From Chiloscyllium plagiosum (lineage: Eukaryota), in the NCBI RefSeq assembly GCF_004010195.1, contig NC_057718.1, forward strand, positions 84,050,924 through 84,073,082: a DNA stretch of 22,159 nucleotides, read 5' to 3'. The notes below the pieces were generated by a model. The model was given only the letters and a program-made list of their open reading frames with translations. It did no database searches and was not told where the DNA came from. The stretch's first letter is position 1. Each line of letters opens with the position of its first letter. A program made the translations under genes and the position numbers. Below are positions 21,744 through 22,159 of this stretch, one piece after another.

Positions 21744-22159
21744 AGAACATAGAACATAGAAAAATACAGCGCAGTACAGGCCCTTTGGCCCTTGATGTTG
21801 CGCCGATCCAAGCCCACCTAATCTACACTTGCCCACTATCCTCCATATGCCTATCCAATGCCCGTTTAAATGCCCATAAAGAGGGAGAGTCCACCACTGC
21901 TACTGGCAGGGCATTCCATGAACTCACGACTCGCTGAGTAAAGAACCTACCCCTAACATCTGTCCTATACCTACCACCCCTTAATTTAAAGCTATGCCCC
22001 CTCGTAATAGCTGACTCCATACGTGGAAAAAGGTTCTCATGGTCAACCCTATCTAAACCCCTATAGTTTAGACTCACCGGCCTATGTTACTAGGGTTATC
22101 CCTACTCCCCTTCTTGAACAAGGGAACCACATTTGCTATCCTCCAGTCTTCTGGCACTA
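21744..22159 (-). mobile_element. Young CR1 LINE with (TTCTATG)n tail and a large internal RT deletion; runs off the window
   Basis: Minus strand VPEDWRIANVVPLFKKGSRDNPSN/RPVSL is joined directly to RGLDRVDHENLFPRMESAITRGHSFKLRGGRYRTDVRGRFFTQRVVSSWNALP. CpGs are preserved. Confidence 0.9.

Overview
Eukaryotic, AT-rich genomic DNA, most likely from a shark (inferred from HE1/V-SINEs, HER1/CR1 LINE ends and SacSINE-like repeats). The only host coding sequence I can support is the last two coding exons of MORN2 on the minus strand (18264-18400 and 11402-11504, with a 6.76-kb intron between them and a poly(A) signal near 11226). Bases ~1-4560 look like a long, repeat-poor + strand 3'UTR of an unidentified convergent gene, enriched in miR-200b/c/429 seed matches. 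The rest is mostly mobile DNA: CR1 LINE fragments, SINEs, a decayed Gypsy pol, a Tigger-like MITE, two inverted remnants of a Harbinger Myb/SANT gene, and Penelope-like element (PLE) termini. The most interesting signal is four minimal type-I hammerhead ribozyme motifs in the PLE termini. Two have intact cores, and stem II covaries between copies. One sits in a 103-bp mini-insertion with a perfect 14-bp target-site duplication, and another overlaps the last codons of a GIY-YIG-type ORF. PLE hammerheads are a known class, so any novelty would lie in these families and their local arrangement. Family names come from recalled consensus features, not database searches.
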